A DNA stretch of 51,413 bases from Candidatus Udaeobacter sp. (GCA_049802315.1 JBARMF010000042.1:1-51413), one strand, 5' to 3'; positions 19,400-27,677 are shown, counted from the first letter of the stretch. Program-made: numbers and translations. Notes: generated by a model from the sequence alone, not told the origin.

Positions 19400-20461
19400 T
19401 TAAAACCTGCGGAACCACGAATAAGGAAAAGCATCGCCCGGGCAATCCGTGGGCCAGCGCGGTGGGTTGATGTCGCGGTGCGGCTTCACCGGTATCGGGC
19501 CTCTCTCGGTTTTGCCGCAGCGATCTCGCAGAAAGCGAATGAGTTCCTCACATGCATCGAGCTGCGCGCGCGTTGGCTGGTCTCGATTGAAATCGCCTAC
19601 GAGACAAATGCCGAGGGAGATATTGTTCAAATAATCGCTGTGCACATGACCGCCGTTTATCTGACGCCGCCATCGATCGCCGACTTCGACTTGGCCGTTG
19701 CCGGTTGATGTGCCATTCCCGATAACGAAGTGATAGGCGAGACCGTTCTGCATCCGGCGAACGTGCCTGTGGTAATAATCGAAGACACGCGCATTGCCCT
19801 GCCGCGTGCCGCTGTTGTGCACAACAATAAACTGCCAGCGACGTCGTTTCACTGGCGCGCGCCGGATCGCTTCGACTACCGAACTTGTCAGGTAGCGGTA
19901 CGTGACTGGACGACTCCATGGCCAAAAACCCCGGCGCGGCGGCGGCGACGGCGGAGGCTCGAATCCCTGGTCCTCCTCGATACCTGATTTTTCGATTACA
20001 ACCTGAGCCTGGCCGCCGGCTGAACCGGCACGCGCGGGCTTTGGCTGTGGCGAAGGTGCTGGCGTTGGCACGGCAAGAGCCCGTGGCGGCGTCGGTGCGG
20101 GTTCGGATGCGGCTCGCTCTTCTTCTACGTGCGGCGTTGGCGTTTTTCGTGGCTTAGGCGTCTCCTCGTTTTGTGCCGACTTCGATTTCGCGCTTTTTTT
20201 CGCGTCGGCTTTCTTCTTTGCGGTTTTTGGGTTCGGTGTTGGAGTGTGGTGTCGCTTTGCTTTCGGTGTTGGAGATTTCTTTGGTTTCGGAGTGGACGCC
20301 GAGTGTGTCTCGGTTTCCTCGGCTTGATCGCGACGTTTTTCTTCGTTGACCTGCGCGCAAACGAGACCCGCGACTAATGCGCCAAATGCGAGCGCGGTTG
20401 CAAGCCAAATGCGAAATCGCACCACTGCGACGGAGCGTAACAGAGCGCGCGACGCGATCAA
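19400..20461 (-). CDS. N-acetylmuramoyl-L-alanine amidase (Amidase_2/PGRP fold) with TM anchor and Lys/Pro/Thr-rich linker
   Basis: 353 aa. The C-terminal domain reads FIVVHNSGT...YHFVIGNG...ISLGICLVGDF...PHRDI...TDCPG, the amidase_2 pattern. The N-terminal TM is followed by an about 130-aa low-complexity region (TPKPKKSPTPKAK...). Confidence 0.8.
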   Translation of the reverse strand: MIASRALLRSVAVVRFRIWLATALAFGALVAGLVCAQVNEEKRRDQAEETETHSASTPKPKKSPTPKAKRHHTPTPNPKTAKKKADAKKSAKSKSAQNEETPKPRKTPTPHVEEERAASEPAPTPPRALAVPTPAPSPQPKPARAGSAGGQAQVVIEKSGIEEDQGFEPPPSPPPRRGFWPWSRPVTYRYLTSSVVEAIRRAPVKRRRWQFIVVHNSGTRQGNARVFDYYHRHVRRMQNGLAYHFVIGNGTSTGNGQVEVGDRWRRQINGGHVHSDYLNNISLGICLVGDFNRDQPTRAQLDACEELIRFLRDRCGKTERGPIPVKPHRDINPPRWPTDCPGDAFPYSWFRRF

Positions 20462-20536
20462 CGCTTACAGCAGCGATTTGTGAAAAAAGTTACAAACACA
20501 AAGAGCTTCGTCTTTCGCCGTCGTTTATCGGTAACT

Positions 20537-21445
20537 TTACGGATTCGTCGATGGAGCCAGTGGCGCCGCAGGCCCGGTCGCTACAGGCTGGGCGACGCGC
20601 GTCTTCTGGCGCTCGCGTCGGATGATTGCGTTCAATTTGCCTCCCAGCAACAGCAGCAGACAAGTCAAATACATCCACGTGAGCAGCACGATGATGGACG
20701 CCAGCGCGAGATAAGTAGGATTATAACGATCGTATCGTGCCACGTAGAGCTGGAAGAGTTTCGTCGCGATGATCCAACCGACCGCAAAGAAAATTGCGCC
20801 CGGCAGCGCTTGACGAACGGTCAAATAGTTTTCAGGCGTGAGAAGGTAAAGTGCAAGCGCGAGCCCGACCAGCGCCAGGCCGGTCAACGGCAGATTCAAC
20901 CCGGCGATCCATGCCTGGAGCGGAAATGAGAGTTGCCAATTTACCTCTGCAATGCCGGCCAGTTTTTCGCCGAAAACGACGGCATTAAAACTAAAGACGA
21001 TGACAATCCCAAACCAGAAAAGCATGAAAAATGAGATGATGTATTTGGACCACCAATGGCGATCTTCCCGGACTCCGTGCATATGGCTGAGTGCGCGTGA
21101 AACCGTAGCGATGAAAACGGTGCCAAAATAAATTCCCAGGATGATGCCGGCGTTCGCGAGCAGCCCGCTCGTGCCTGTCACCACTACGCTCGCCATAGCA
21201 GAGTCTAGAATGTCCTGCACTTTTGGATCTGGCGGCATGAAGCTTTTCAAAAGAACAAACATTCGATGCAACCTGTTAGGGTCAGTGCCGAACAGCCCCA
21301 GCAGATGCCAGAAAAACAATGTGCCTGGAGCGAGCGCGAAAAGGAGCAGATACGCCATTTGTGCGGCCAGCCCGGTCGTGTTGTCCATTGCGGTTTCCCA
21401 AACCAGCCGGCGTGTAGTGCGCCAAATCAATCTGAGATATTTCAT
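20537..21445 (-). CDS. YihY/BrkB-family membrane protein
   Basis: 302 aa and polytopic. The overall pattern (N-terminal LAAQMAYLLLFALAP, C-terminal LTWMYLTCLLLLLGGKLNA) is typical of the YihY/virulence factor BrkB family. Confidence 0.75.
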   Translation of the reverse strand: MKYLRLIWRTTRRLVWETAMDNTTGLAAQMAYLLLFALAPGTLFFWHLLGLFGTDPNRLHRMFVLLKSFMPPDPKVQDILDSAMASVVVTGTSGLLANAGIILGIYFGTVFIATVSRALSHMHGVREDRHWWSKYIISFFMLFWFGIVIVFSFNAVVFGEKLAGIAEVNWQLSFPLQAWIAGLNLPLTGLALVGLALALYLLTPENYLTVRQALPGAIFFAVGWIIATKLFQLYVARYDRYNPTYLALASIIVLLTWMYLTCLLLLLGGKLNAIIRRERQKTRVAQPVATGPAAPLAPSTNP

Positions 21446-21558
21446 CTCCGCAGGAGTTTACTTTGCCGGGCACAAATATCCATTAAAGTCCAAATGCTTT
21501 CCCGAGTGATTACCCTCTGCGTGTTTCCTCGATCGTAGTCCATGTCGCCTAACGATAG

Positions 21559-22647
21559 ATGAAGAAGAAAATATTGATTCTCACGGCCGGTTTTGGAGAG
21601 GGTCATAACAGTGCCGCCAGAGGAGTGCGCGACGGGCTGGCTCGCGTTGCTTCGGATCAGACTGCCGTGGAATTGCGGGACCTGTTTGCCGAAGCGTACG
21701 GGCCGATCAACGAGCTGGTGCGCCGAAGCTATCTGGCGCTGGTGAATTCTGCGCCGCGGGCGTGGGGATTTGTTTATCGCTGGCTCGACCGCAAGACAGA
21801 TTACAGCACGGAATTTCGCCGACTGAGGAAGTTAAAGGCGCAGTTTGGTCCCGTGCTTGACCGGTTTAAGCCGGACACTGTCGTCTGCTCTTTTCCCGTC
21901 TACGCCAATGTGCTTCACGAAATTTTGGGAGCTGACAGAGTCTGCAAATGTGTGGTGGTTGTCACCGACTCGATCACCATCAATGCCTCCTGGTATCGAA
22001 GCCCTGCGGATTACTTCATCGTTGCAAACGAGCAAAGCGCAAGCGTCCTGCGGAGCGGCGGCGTCGCCGCTGAAAAAATCAAAATCTTTGGATTTCCGGT
22101 CAGTCCGAAGTTTGCGGATTTCGCTGAAGACCGTCCATTGCCTTCCACTAATTCCAACCGGCGGGTTTTGTACACGATCAACGCCGCGAAGCGCGGCGCG
22201 GTGGAACTGGTGCGTATGCTCGCGAAACTTGATCTGGATCTCACGGTCACGATCGGTCGCAATGATGAACTCCGGGCCGGCATTGACACGGCTGCAGATG
22301 GTCACCCAATAAAGATCATTGGCTGGACAAACGAACTCCCCCGCATGATGCACGAGAACCATTTGCTTATCGGCAAAGCCGGTGGCGCGACGGTGCAGGA
22401 AACGATTGCTGCAAAATGTCCTATGATCATCAACCACGTCGTCGCCGGTCAGGAGGAAGGCAACGCCCGCTTGATCGTCGAAACGAATTCGGGCGCGATG
22501 GCCCAGTCGCCAGAAGAAGTGGTCGCTCAGGTGCAGCGCGCGTTCGATGACGGCGCAAAACAATGGCGGGAATGGGCCGGCAACATCAGCAAGCTGAGCC
22601 GCCCACGCGCAGCGCTCGACATCGCGGAATTTCTGATCTCGCTCTAG
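21559..22647 (+). CDS. MGDG-synthase-like glycosyltransferase (GT28, diacylglycerol glycosyltransferase type)
   Basis: 362 aa. KILILTAGFGEGHNSAARGV is the N-terminal signature of the MGDG_synth/UgtP family. The C-terminal GKAGGATVQE is the GT-B nucleotide-sugar binding part. Confidence 0.8.
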   Translation: MKKKILILTAGFGEGHNSAARGVRDGLARVASDQTAVELRDLFAEAYGPINELVRRSYLALVNSAPRAWGFVYRWLDRKTDYSTEFRRLRKLKAQFGPVLDRFKPDTVVCSFPVYANVLHEILGADRVCKCVVVVTDSITINASWYRSPADYFIVANEQSASVLRSGGVAAEKIKIFGFPVSPKFADFAEDRPLPSTNSNRRVLYTINAAKRGAVELVRMLAKLDLDLTVTIGRNDELRAGIDTAADGHPIKIIGWTNELPRMMHENHLLIGKAGGATVQETIAAKCPMIINHVVAGQEEGNARLIVETNSGAMAQSPEEVVAQVQRAFDDGAKQWREWAGNISKLSRPRAALDIAEFLISL

Positions 22648-22651
22648 GTTG

Positions 22652-22747
22652 TCATTAACACCTGGGCTTTAGCCCGGTGAAAAAACAGCTCAACAATGCG
22701 AACCGTTTCAACGGTCTGATGAAAGAGGGAAGCCGTTAAAACGGCTT
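22652..22747. repeat. 96-nt three-hairpin dispersed element (tcattaacacc... family), copy 1
   Basis: Aligns with 26433-26528, which has the same length, the same tcattaacacctgg start and the aaccgtttNaaNggt and aagNcgttNaaacgg modules. Two more small hairpins follow up to the nagA stop. Confidence 0.7.
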
Positions 22748-22789
22748 GAGCTTCGCAGCGAAGGCACACACCGGGCCGAAGCCACGGTG

Positions 22790-24019
22790 TCACTGAGACC
22801 AGATTTGCTCACCGCAACGGTACGTTCGCACCACTTCCAATTCCGGCGACAGCACAATCAAATCGGCGTCCGCTCCGACGATAAGCCGACCTTTCGTTTC
22901 GAGACCGATAGCGCGCGCCGGATTTTCCGTAGCCATTGCGATCGCTTCATTCAACGGAACGTTCACCTCGCGCACCATTATACGGACAAGGTTGATCATG
23001 CGCGCGGCGCTGCCCGCGAGCGCTGAACGATCAGCTAGCAGGCAGACTCCGTTTTCCACGATGCAGTCCTTGCCGAAGAGCGCGAACTGCGATCCGTCCG
23101 GCACTCCCGCGCCTGCGGTCGCGTCAGTCACCAGACAAATTCCCTGTGCGCCTTTCGCGCGATACAACATTTTCATCAGCGTGGGCGAAACGTGATGACC
23201 GTCGGCAATCAGTTCACAACTGATGTCTGGTTCGCTCAATGCAAACTCAAGCAAACCAGCAACCCGATAAATGCCGCGACGGCGCGCGGTCGACATGCAG
23301 TTAAATATGTGTGTCACGCTTCGCATACCGTGATCGAATGCTGCCTGGACGTCTTCGTCCCAGGCATCGCTATGTCCGCCGCTGACGCTGATCTTATGAG
23401 CATGGAAGACTTCGATCGCTTCAAGAGCTCCAGGCAGTTCAGGCGCGATCGTCACACGCTTGAGCACATCCGCATGCTCGAGCAACTGCCGCACACCAGC
23501 TGGTGACGGGTCCTGAATAAACTCGGCGCGTTGCGCTCCGGCTTTCGCTTTCGAAATGAAGGGCCCTTCGACATGAACACCGACGATGGTAGGGACAGCG
23601 CGCTGCGCTGTCCGGACGCCGCAGCGCGGCGTCCCTACCCCGGACCGCTGCTCCGTCGAATTACGCACCGCTTCCAATACATCGACGATTCTATCCAGAG
23701 GCGCCGTAGCCGTCGTGAGCAGAAGCGATGTCGTGCCGCCACTCGCGTGGAAATCGCAAATAGAGCGAAACGCTTCAGCCGAGGCTTCCATTGTGTCGCG
23801 GCCAAGCGCGCCGTGCACATGAAGATCGATAAAACCGGGCGCGAGATAATTTCCATTGAGATCAATGACCTCATGTTCCCCGTGCGCCAGGGATCGCTCT
23901 CGGATCGCAGCGATTTTTCCTTGTTGCACGACAACTTCAAGCCCATCGCGAATTCCATCGGGAAAAATCAAACGCGCGTTCGTGAAGATCATCTCGTATG
24001 CCATCAATCCTGCCTGCAC
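22790..24019 (-). CDS. nagA: N-acetylglucosamine-6-phosphate deacetylase
   Basis: 409 aa. PGFIDLHVHGA metal-binding motif, then GVHVEGPFIS, THIFNCM and the amidohydrolase C-terminal part. It carries an in-frame palindromic insert (next feature). Confidence 0.9.
   Translation of the reverse strand: MQAGLMAYEMIFTNARLIFPDGIRDGLEVVVQQGKIAAIRERSLAHGEHEVIDLNGNYLAPGFIDLHVHGALGRDTMEASAEAFRSICDFHASGGTTSLLLTTATAPLDRIVDVLEAVRNSTEQRSGVGTPRCGVRTAQRAVPTIVGVHVEGPFISKAKAGAQRAEFIQDPSPAGVRQLLEHADVLKRVTIAPELPGALEAIEVFHAHKISVSGGHSDAWDEDVQAAFDHGMRSVTHIFNCMSTARRRGIYRVAGLLEFALSEPDISCELIADGHHVSPTLMKMLYRAKGAQGICLVTDATAGAGVPDGSQFALFGKDCIVENGVCLLADRSALAGSAARMINLVRIMVREVNVPLNEAIAMATENPARAIGLETKGRLIVGADADLIVLSPELEVVRTYRCGEQIWSQ
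23588..23639. repeat. clamped double-hairpin palindromic element (ggtaggg...ccctacc family) inside the nagA coding sequence
   Basis: ggtagggac-agcgcgctgcgct-gtccggacgccgcagcgcggcgtccctacc has a 9-nt outer inverted repeat and two inner stem-loops (7 bp and 9 bp). It is translated in the nagA frame as GVGTPRCGVRTAQRAVPT. Confidence 0.8.
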
Positions 24020-24067
24020 CGTGATGGGGGCTCAATCGAAAATAGTCATTGCGTTCGTGGCTTAGCT

Positions 24068-24478
24068 AGAACGCAAGGTTTTTACGATAGTCGCATCTTC
24101 AAATTTCCAGAGGGACCGACACTGGGGCAACGATTGCAAGCGCACATTCTGAACAACCCCGTCGACCGCGAAATCTTCGGCGCAGCAAAAGTGATCGAAG
24201 GCGACGTGCACGCGCTTTCAATGCTGCCGTATCACAGCGAAAAAGTTTGCGACGACGGTTGGGCGATGGTGGGCGATGCCGCCGGATTCATCGATCCACT
24301 TTACAGTCCCGGTGTCGATTTTTGTTCTTACACTTCCTATTACGTGTGCGCGTTTCTGAGCCTGCCGTTCCCTGGGAAAGGGGGTAGATTTGCCCGCAAG
24401 TTGATGAATTTTTACAATCGCAGGTTTGTGACTCTCGCAAATCGCCGATGGGTGACCGGCTCCTCCGCGCTCTCATAA
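24068..24478 (+). pseudogene. remnant of an FAD-dependent oxidoreductase / halogenase-like gene; N-terminal about two thirds missing, C-terminus degraded
   Basis: Only the last about 135 codons of track ORF 23531-24478 lie outside nagA. They read ...DDGWAMVGDAAGFIDPLYSPGVDF..., the GDAAxFxDPxxSxG motif of FAD-dependent halogenase/geranylgeranyl-reductase-like enzymes. There is no start codon, and no Rossmann GxGxxG part is present. Confidence 0.6.
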
Positions 24479-24516
24479 TTTTTTCGCCTTCGATCTGCCC
24501 TAAGTGGCCAATGGCA

Positions 24517-25692
24517 TTACGGGCTGAGCAGCGTTCCGTACCAGCGCAAAACGATTTCGCCAAAAAACATCCAAGCGAGTGCACCGAATGCCAGATAGGG
24601 CCCAAAGGGTAATTTGGCTGACCAAACAGGTTTTCCCGCGACCAGGGTAACCAAGCCAATCACTGAACCGAGAAGTGATCCTGCGAAAAGGCTGAACAAC
24701 ACCGCGCGCCATCCGAGAAATGCGCCGATCGCGGCAAGAAATTTCAGGTCACCGCGCCCCATTGCCTCGCGCGGAATAACCAGCTTGCGCGTAACGCCGG
24801 AAATGTGCGTTACATCATCGAGCATCAGCACGTCCCCATCCGCATTCACGCGATCGTAACGAAAATCCAGCGTCACGTTTCCATATTCGCGATCGTCGAT
24901 CCGAACTTCATCGCACTGGAGCAGAAGACGATCTTTTTCGCGGGCAAAATATTCGCTCCAGAGACTCTCTTCAGTGCCTACGACAAAATCTGCGTCATCG
25001 TCGCGTTTACTCCACCTGAACAGCGTCGGTGCATCAAACACGATCCGTTTTCTGCCAAAAGCGATCTTACCCGCTTCGAGCACGATCCAAAGAATCACGT
25101 AGCCAAGCGCAGCCGCCAGCGCCGCGCGAATACCGGCTGCCAGTCGCGAATTGGTCTGCATCAAAGCTGGAACAACAACACTGCAAGCCACGCCCGCGAT
25201 TGTTCCGCCGATCGTGACGCGGTCCGGAATAATGAAATGCTCAAAATCGATAAACGTTCCGATGATGAGGAACGAAACAAAAATCCAGTACGCCATCGCT
25301 ACCTGCGATGGGAACCTTTGCCAGATCGCAAAGAACAGAATTGCGGTAACGAGTTCCACCGCGAAATAGCGGAACGCAATTTTTGCACCGCAATTTCCGC
25401 ATCGGCCGCCAAGCGCGAGCCAACTGATCAATGGAAGATTGTGATGCCATGGAATCGGTTGTTTGCACTGCGGACAAAACGAACGACGCGGCCGATTGAT
25501 GGAGAGATCGACCGGCCAGCGATAGATACAAACGTTCAAAAACGACCCGACCGCCGCGCCGAGCACGAACGCAAATACGCTGAAGAGAAGATTTTGAGTC
25601 GAATGCTGCACGTGATTTAACTGGCGATCCGTTTCGATGCGCGGCGCTCCATCAGCCATGCGATCCAGATGCAGCTTTCGTACAGCAGACAC
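24517..25692 (-). CDS. pilD: prepilin peptidase / N-methyltransferase (A24 family, PilD-like) with a large internal insertion
   Basis: CPQCKQPIPWHHNLPLISWLALGGRCGNCGAKI forms a four-Cys motif. The aspartate motifs are FIDFEHFIIPD and GRGDLKFLAAIGAFLGW. The start is uncertain: 25692 overlaps tatC by 76 nt, while the GTG at 25611 lies 5 nt after the tatC stop. Confidence 0.85.
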   Translation of the reverse strand: MSAVRKLHLDRMADGAPRIETDRQLNHVQHSTQNLLFSVFAFVLGAAVGSFLNVCIYRWPVDLSINRPRRSFCPQCKQPIPWHHNLPLISWLALGGRCGNCGAKIAFRYFAVELVTAILFFAIWQRFPSQVAMAYWIFVSFLIIGTFIDFEHFIIPDRVTIGGTIAGVACSVVVPALMQTNSRLAAGIRAALAAALGYVILWIVLEAGKIAFGRKRIVFDAPTLFRWSKRDDDADFVVGTEESLWSEYFAREKDRLLLQCDEVRIDDREYGNVTLDFRYDRVNADGDVLMLDDVTHISGVTRKLVIPREAMGRGDLKFLAAIGAFLGWRAVLFSLFAGSLLGSVIGLVTLVAGKPVWSAKLPFGPYLAFGALAWMFFGEIVLRWYGTLLSP

Positions 25693-26399
25693 ATCGGCAG
25701 CGCCATGGCGATCAAAGTCAGAATGTCAGGCGTCGGCGTGATGATTGTTGCCAGAATAAAGATGAGCACGAGGGCGTAGGGGCGGGTGCGCGCCATAAAT
25801 CGGTAGGTGATCATCCCGAATCGGACCAGCGCCAGCACGACGACCGGCAGTTCAAACGCCAGACCGAATCCGATCGTGAATCGCGTCACGAACGAGTAAT
25901 ACTGCTGCACCGTCCACGTCGGTGCCCAGCCGAGCGATTCGGTATCGCGAAAGAAAAAAAGAATCGTTTTCGGCAGCAACCAAAAATAGCAAACCAAGAC
26001 GCCCAGGAGAAAGAGAGCGAAGCTGACGACAATCGCTGGAAATATAAACCGTTTCTCCACGGCGGTGAGCGCCGGTAAAACGAATTCCGCGAGAAAATAC
26101 AGGAGCAGCGGGAAGGAGAGAACGATCCCGGCGTAAAAGGCCAGATGAAATGAAATCACGATCGAATCTGTGATGCCGAGCGCCTTAAGCGTTCCGACTT
26201 GTGACCCGAGATGGTTAAGCGGCGCCTGGATGACGCGCACCAGCGTCGAGCGAAACGCGAAACAAACAATCATCGTGACACCCAGCGTGAGAGCCATTTT
26301 CACGATCGTCCAGCGCAAGTCTTCCAGATGTTCCAGAAACGGCTTGGACGTTTCGGTCTCCGGCGGATCACGAAATTTAAAGATGTCTCGCAGCGCCAT
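25617..26399 (-). CDS. tatC: twin-arginine translocase subunit TatC
   Basis: 260 aa with six TM segments. Has PFLEHLEDLRWTIVK at the N-terminus and the FFLAEFVLPAL and FGLAFELPVVV motifs. Confidence 0.93.
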   Translation of the reverse strand: MALRDIFKFRDPPETETSKPFLEHLEDLRWTIVKMALTLGVTMIVCFAFRSTLVRVIQAPLNHLGSQVGTLKALGITDSIVISFHLAFYAGIVLSFPLLLYFLAEFVLPALTAVEKRFIFPAIVVSFALFLLGVLVCYFWLLPKTILFFFRDTESLGWAPTWTVQQYYSFVTRFTIGFGLAFELPVVVLALVRFGMITYRFMARTRPYALVLIFILATIITPTPDILTLIAMALPMCLLYESCIWIAWLMERRASKRIAS

Positions 26400-26432
26400 A
26401 GAGTTGCTTTCGTGCGGGTACCTGACGACTTC

Positions 26433-26528
26433 TCATTAACACCTGGCTTCAGCCAGGTGCAGCCAACTGAAAGAACGACAAACCGTTTTAATGGTTTTGA
26501 ACTCAAACAGAAGTCGTTGAAACGGAGT
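26433..26528. repeat. 96-nt three-hairpin dispersed element, copy 2
   Basis: See 22652-22747. Contains the perfect stem cacctggc-ttca-gccaggtg. It accounts for spurious track ORF 26300-26506, which reads ...KPLKRF...LKPGVNEK. Confidence 0.7.
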
Positions 26529-27118
26529 CATGGACGTGGCGCGAGCGATAACAGACCGCGAGCAGCGAGCGTGGCGCAAATGCCAAGCGTGTTGGCGTCG
26601 CGAATTTCATTGTCTGCGATCATGCGGCGAATTTCTTCGCTGTTGAATCCGCGGCAATCGAGAATCGATTCACCTTCGTCGCGGTCCGGGCCTTCCGCAC
26701 AGGGTTGAACTGGACGGGCCAGGAAGAAATAACCGCGCTCATTTGTAAACCCCGGTGACGAGAAAAAATAACCTAACGAAATAAGCTCCCCGTTTGGCGC
26801 CAACTCGTAGCCGGTTTCTTCGCGAACTTCGCGCAACGCTGTGTTCTGAATTTTATCTTCGCCGCCATCATGATCGTCGATCTGACCTGATGGCATTTCC
26901 CAAATCGCTTGCTCGATCGGGATGCGTTCCTGGCGAATAAGAATGATTTTTCCATCGCGCGTCATTGGTGCGATCACGACCGCCGGTTTGCGATGGACAA
27001 TCGTCCAAGCCCGCGCGTCGGGCCGGCCTGGTGTTTGCACACAATCCGTCACAACTTCGAGATTCCTGTTGGCGAAGTGCCGCTCGCTCGAGATCGTTTT
27101 CCAATTACCGCCTTTCAT
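26528..27118 (-). CDS. NUDIX hydrolase (ADP-ribose pyrophosphatase-like)
   Basis: 196 aa with a Nudix box ending in ALREVREETGY. Confidence 0.85.
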   Translation of the reverse strand: MKGGNWKTISSERHFANRNLEVVTDCVQTPGRPDARAWTIVHRKPAVVIAPMTRDGKIILIRQERIPIEQAIWEMPSGQIDDHDGGEDKIQNTALREVREETGYELAPNGELISLGYFFSSPGFTNERGYFFLARPVQPCAEGPDRDEGESILDCRGFNSEEIRRMIADNEIRDANTLGICATLAARGLLSLAPRP

Positions 27119-27130
27119 CCATCAATTGTA

Positions 27131-27240
27131 GTTGCGCTGTCTTCAGCGGCAAACTGGTAGGGGCGGTTCACCTGAACCGCCTGTGGCGATTGAGGTCAAT
27201 CGCCGCTACCTCACAAGAAGTCCGCTGGGGACAGCGGACG
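27131..27240. repeat. composite nested palindromic element (outer hairpin pair with an inserted ggtagg...ctacc double-hairpin core at 27156-27210)
   Basis: Hairpins are ggcggttca-cc-tgaaccgcc, ggcgattga-gg-tcaatcgcc and gtccgctg-ggga-cagcggac. The flanks align with the 46494-46563 element, which lacks the core. Confidence 0.7.
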
Positions 27241-27290
27241 ATACAGCTCAGTGCTGCGCATGTTTGTTTTGATTAGTTCTCCGTTCGAAA

Positions 27291-27677
27291 TCAACCGACG
27301 GATGCAGTTCGGCTGACGGTAATCGAAACATATTTTGCGTCTTGTAACGGGAACTTTCGCAGTTCGATCGTGACCTTTTGAATCGGAAAATTCTTCAGCA
27401 AATGACTTGCGAGCCGTTCCGCCAGTGTCTCGATCAGCTTCACCGATTGATCGCGCAAAAAATTCTTCGTCTCTTCCGCCACAGTTGAATAGTTCACTGT
27501 CCGTTCAATGTGGTCCGCCAGATCGCTTGTCTCCTGATACGGCCAGAAAGAAATGCTCACGGTCAACCTTTGCGGATTCGCGCGTTCTTCTTCTGGCACT
27601 CCGACGCGCGTGAAAACGTCAAGCTGCTCGATGTGAACTTTGTCTGGGAACGGATGCGATTCGTTCGGCACGCGCAA
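27291..27677 (-). CDS. folB: dihydroneopterin aldolase
   Basis: 128 aa. VHIEQLDVFTRVGVPEEERANPQRLTVSI... plus the downstream TVNYSTVAEE are typical FolB motifs. Confidence 0.88.
   Translation of the reverse strand: MRVPNESHPFPDKVHIEQLDVFTRVGVPEEERANPQRLTVSISFWPYQETSDLADHIERTVNYSTVAEETKNFLRDQSVKLIETLAERLASHLLKNFPIQKVTIELRKFPLQDAKYVSITVSRTASVG

Noticed and set aside
19850-20330. Possible tandem-repeat or CRISPR-like periodicity in the K/P/T-rich region
   Set aside because: It is a low-complexity coding linker of the Amidase_2 protein (imperfect TPKPK-type repeats) in an open frame. There are no regularly spaced identical repeats.
21832-22563. 243-aa minus-strand ORF
   Set aside because: It is antisense to the MGDG-synthase-like glycosyltransferase, which has clear family motifs. 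It has no motifs of its own.
23531-24067. N-terminal 180 codons of track ORF 23531-24478
   Set aside because: This part is antisense to nagA and reads as repeat or junk peptide. Only the part outside nagA (24068-24478) shows homology, and I called that part a pseudogene remnant.
24805-25620. 271-aa plus-strand ORF
   Set aside because: It is antisense to pilD and is Arg/His-rich junk with no recognisable domain.
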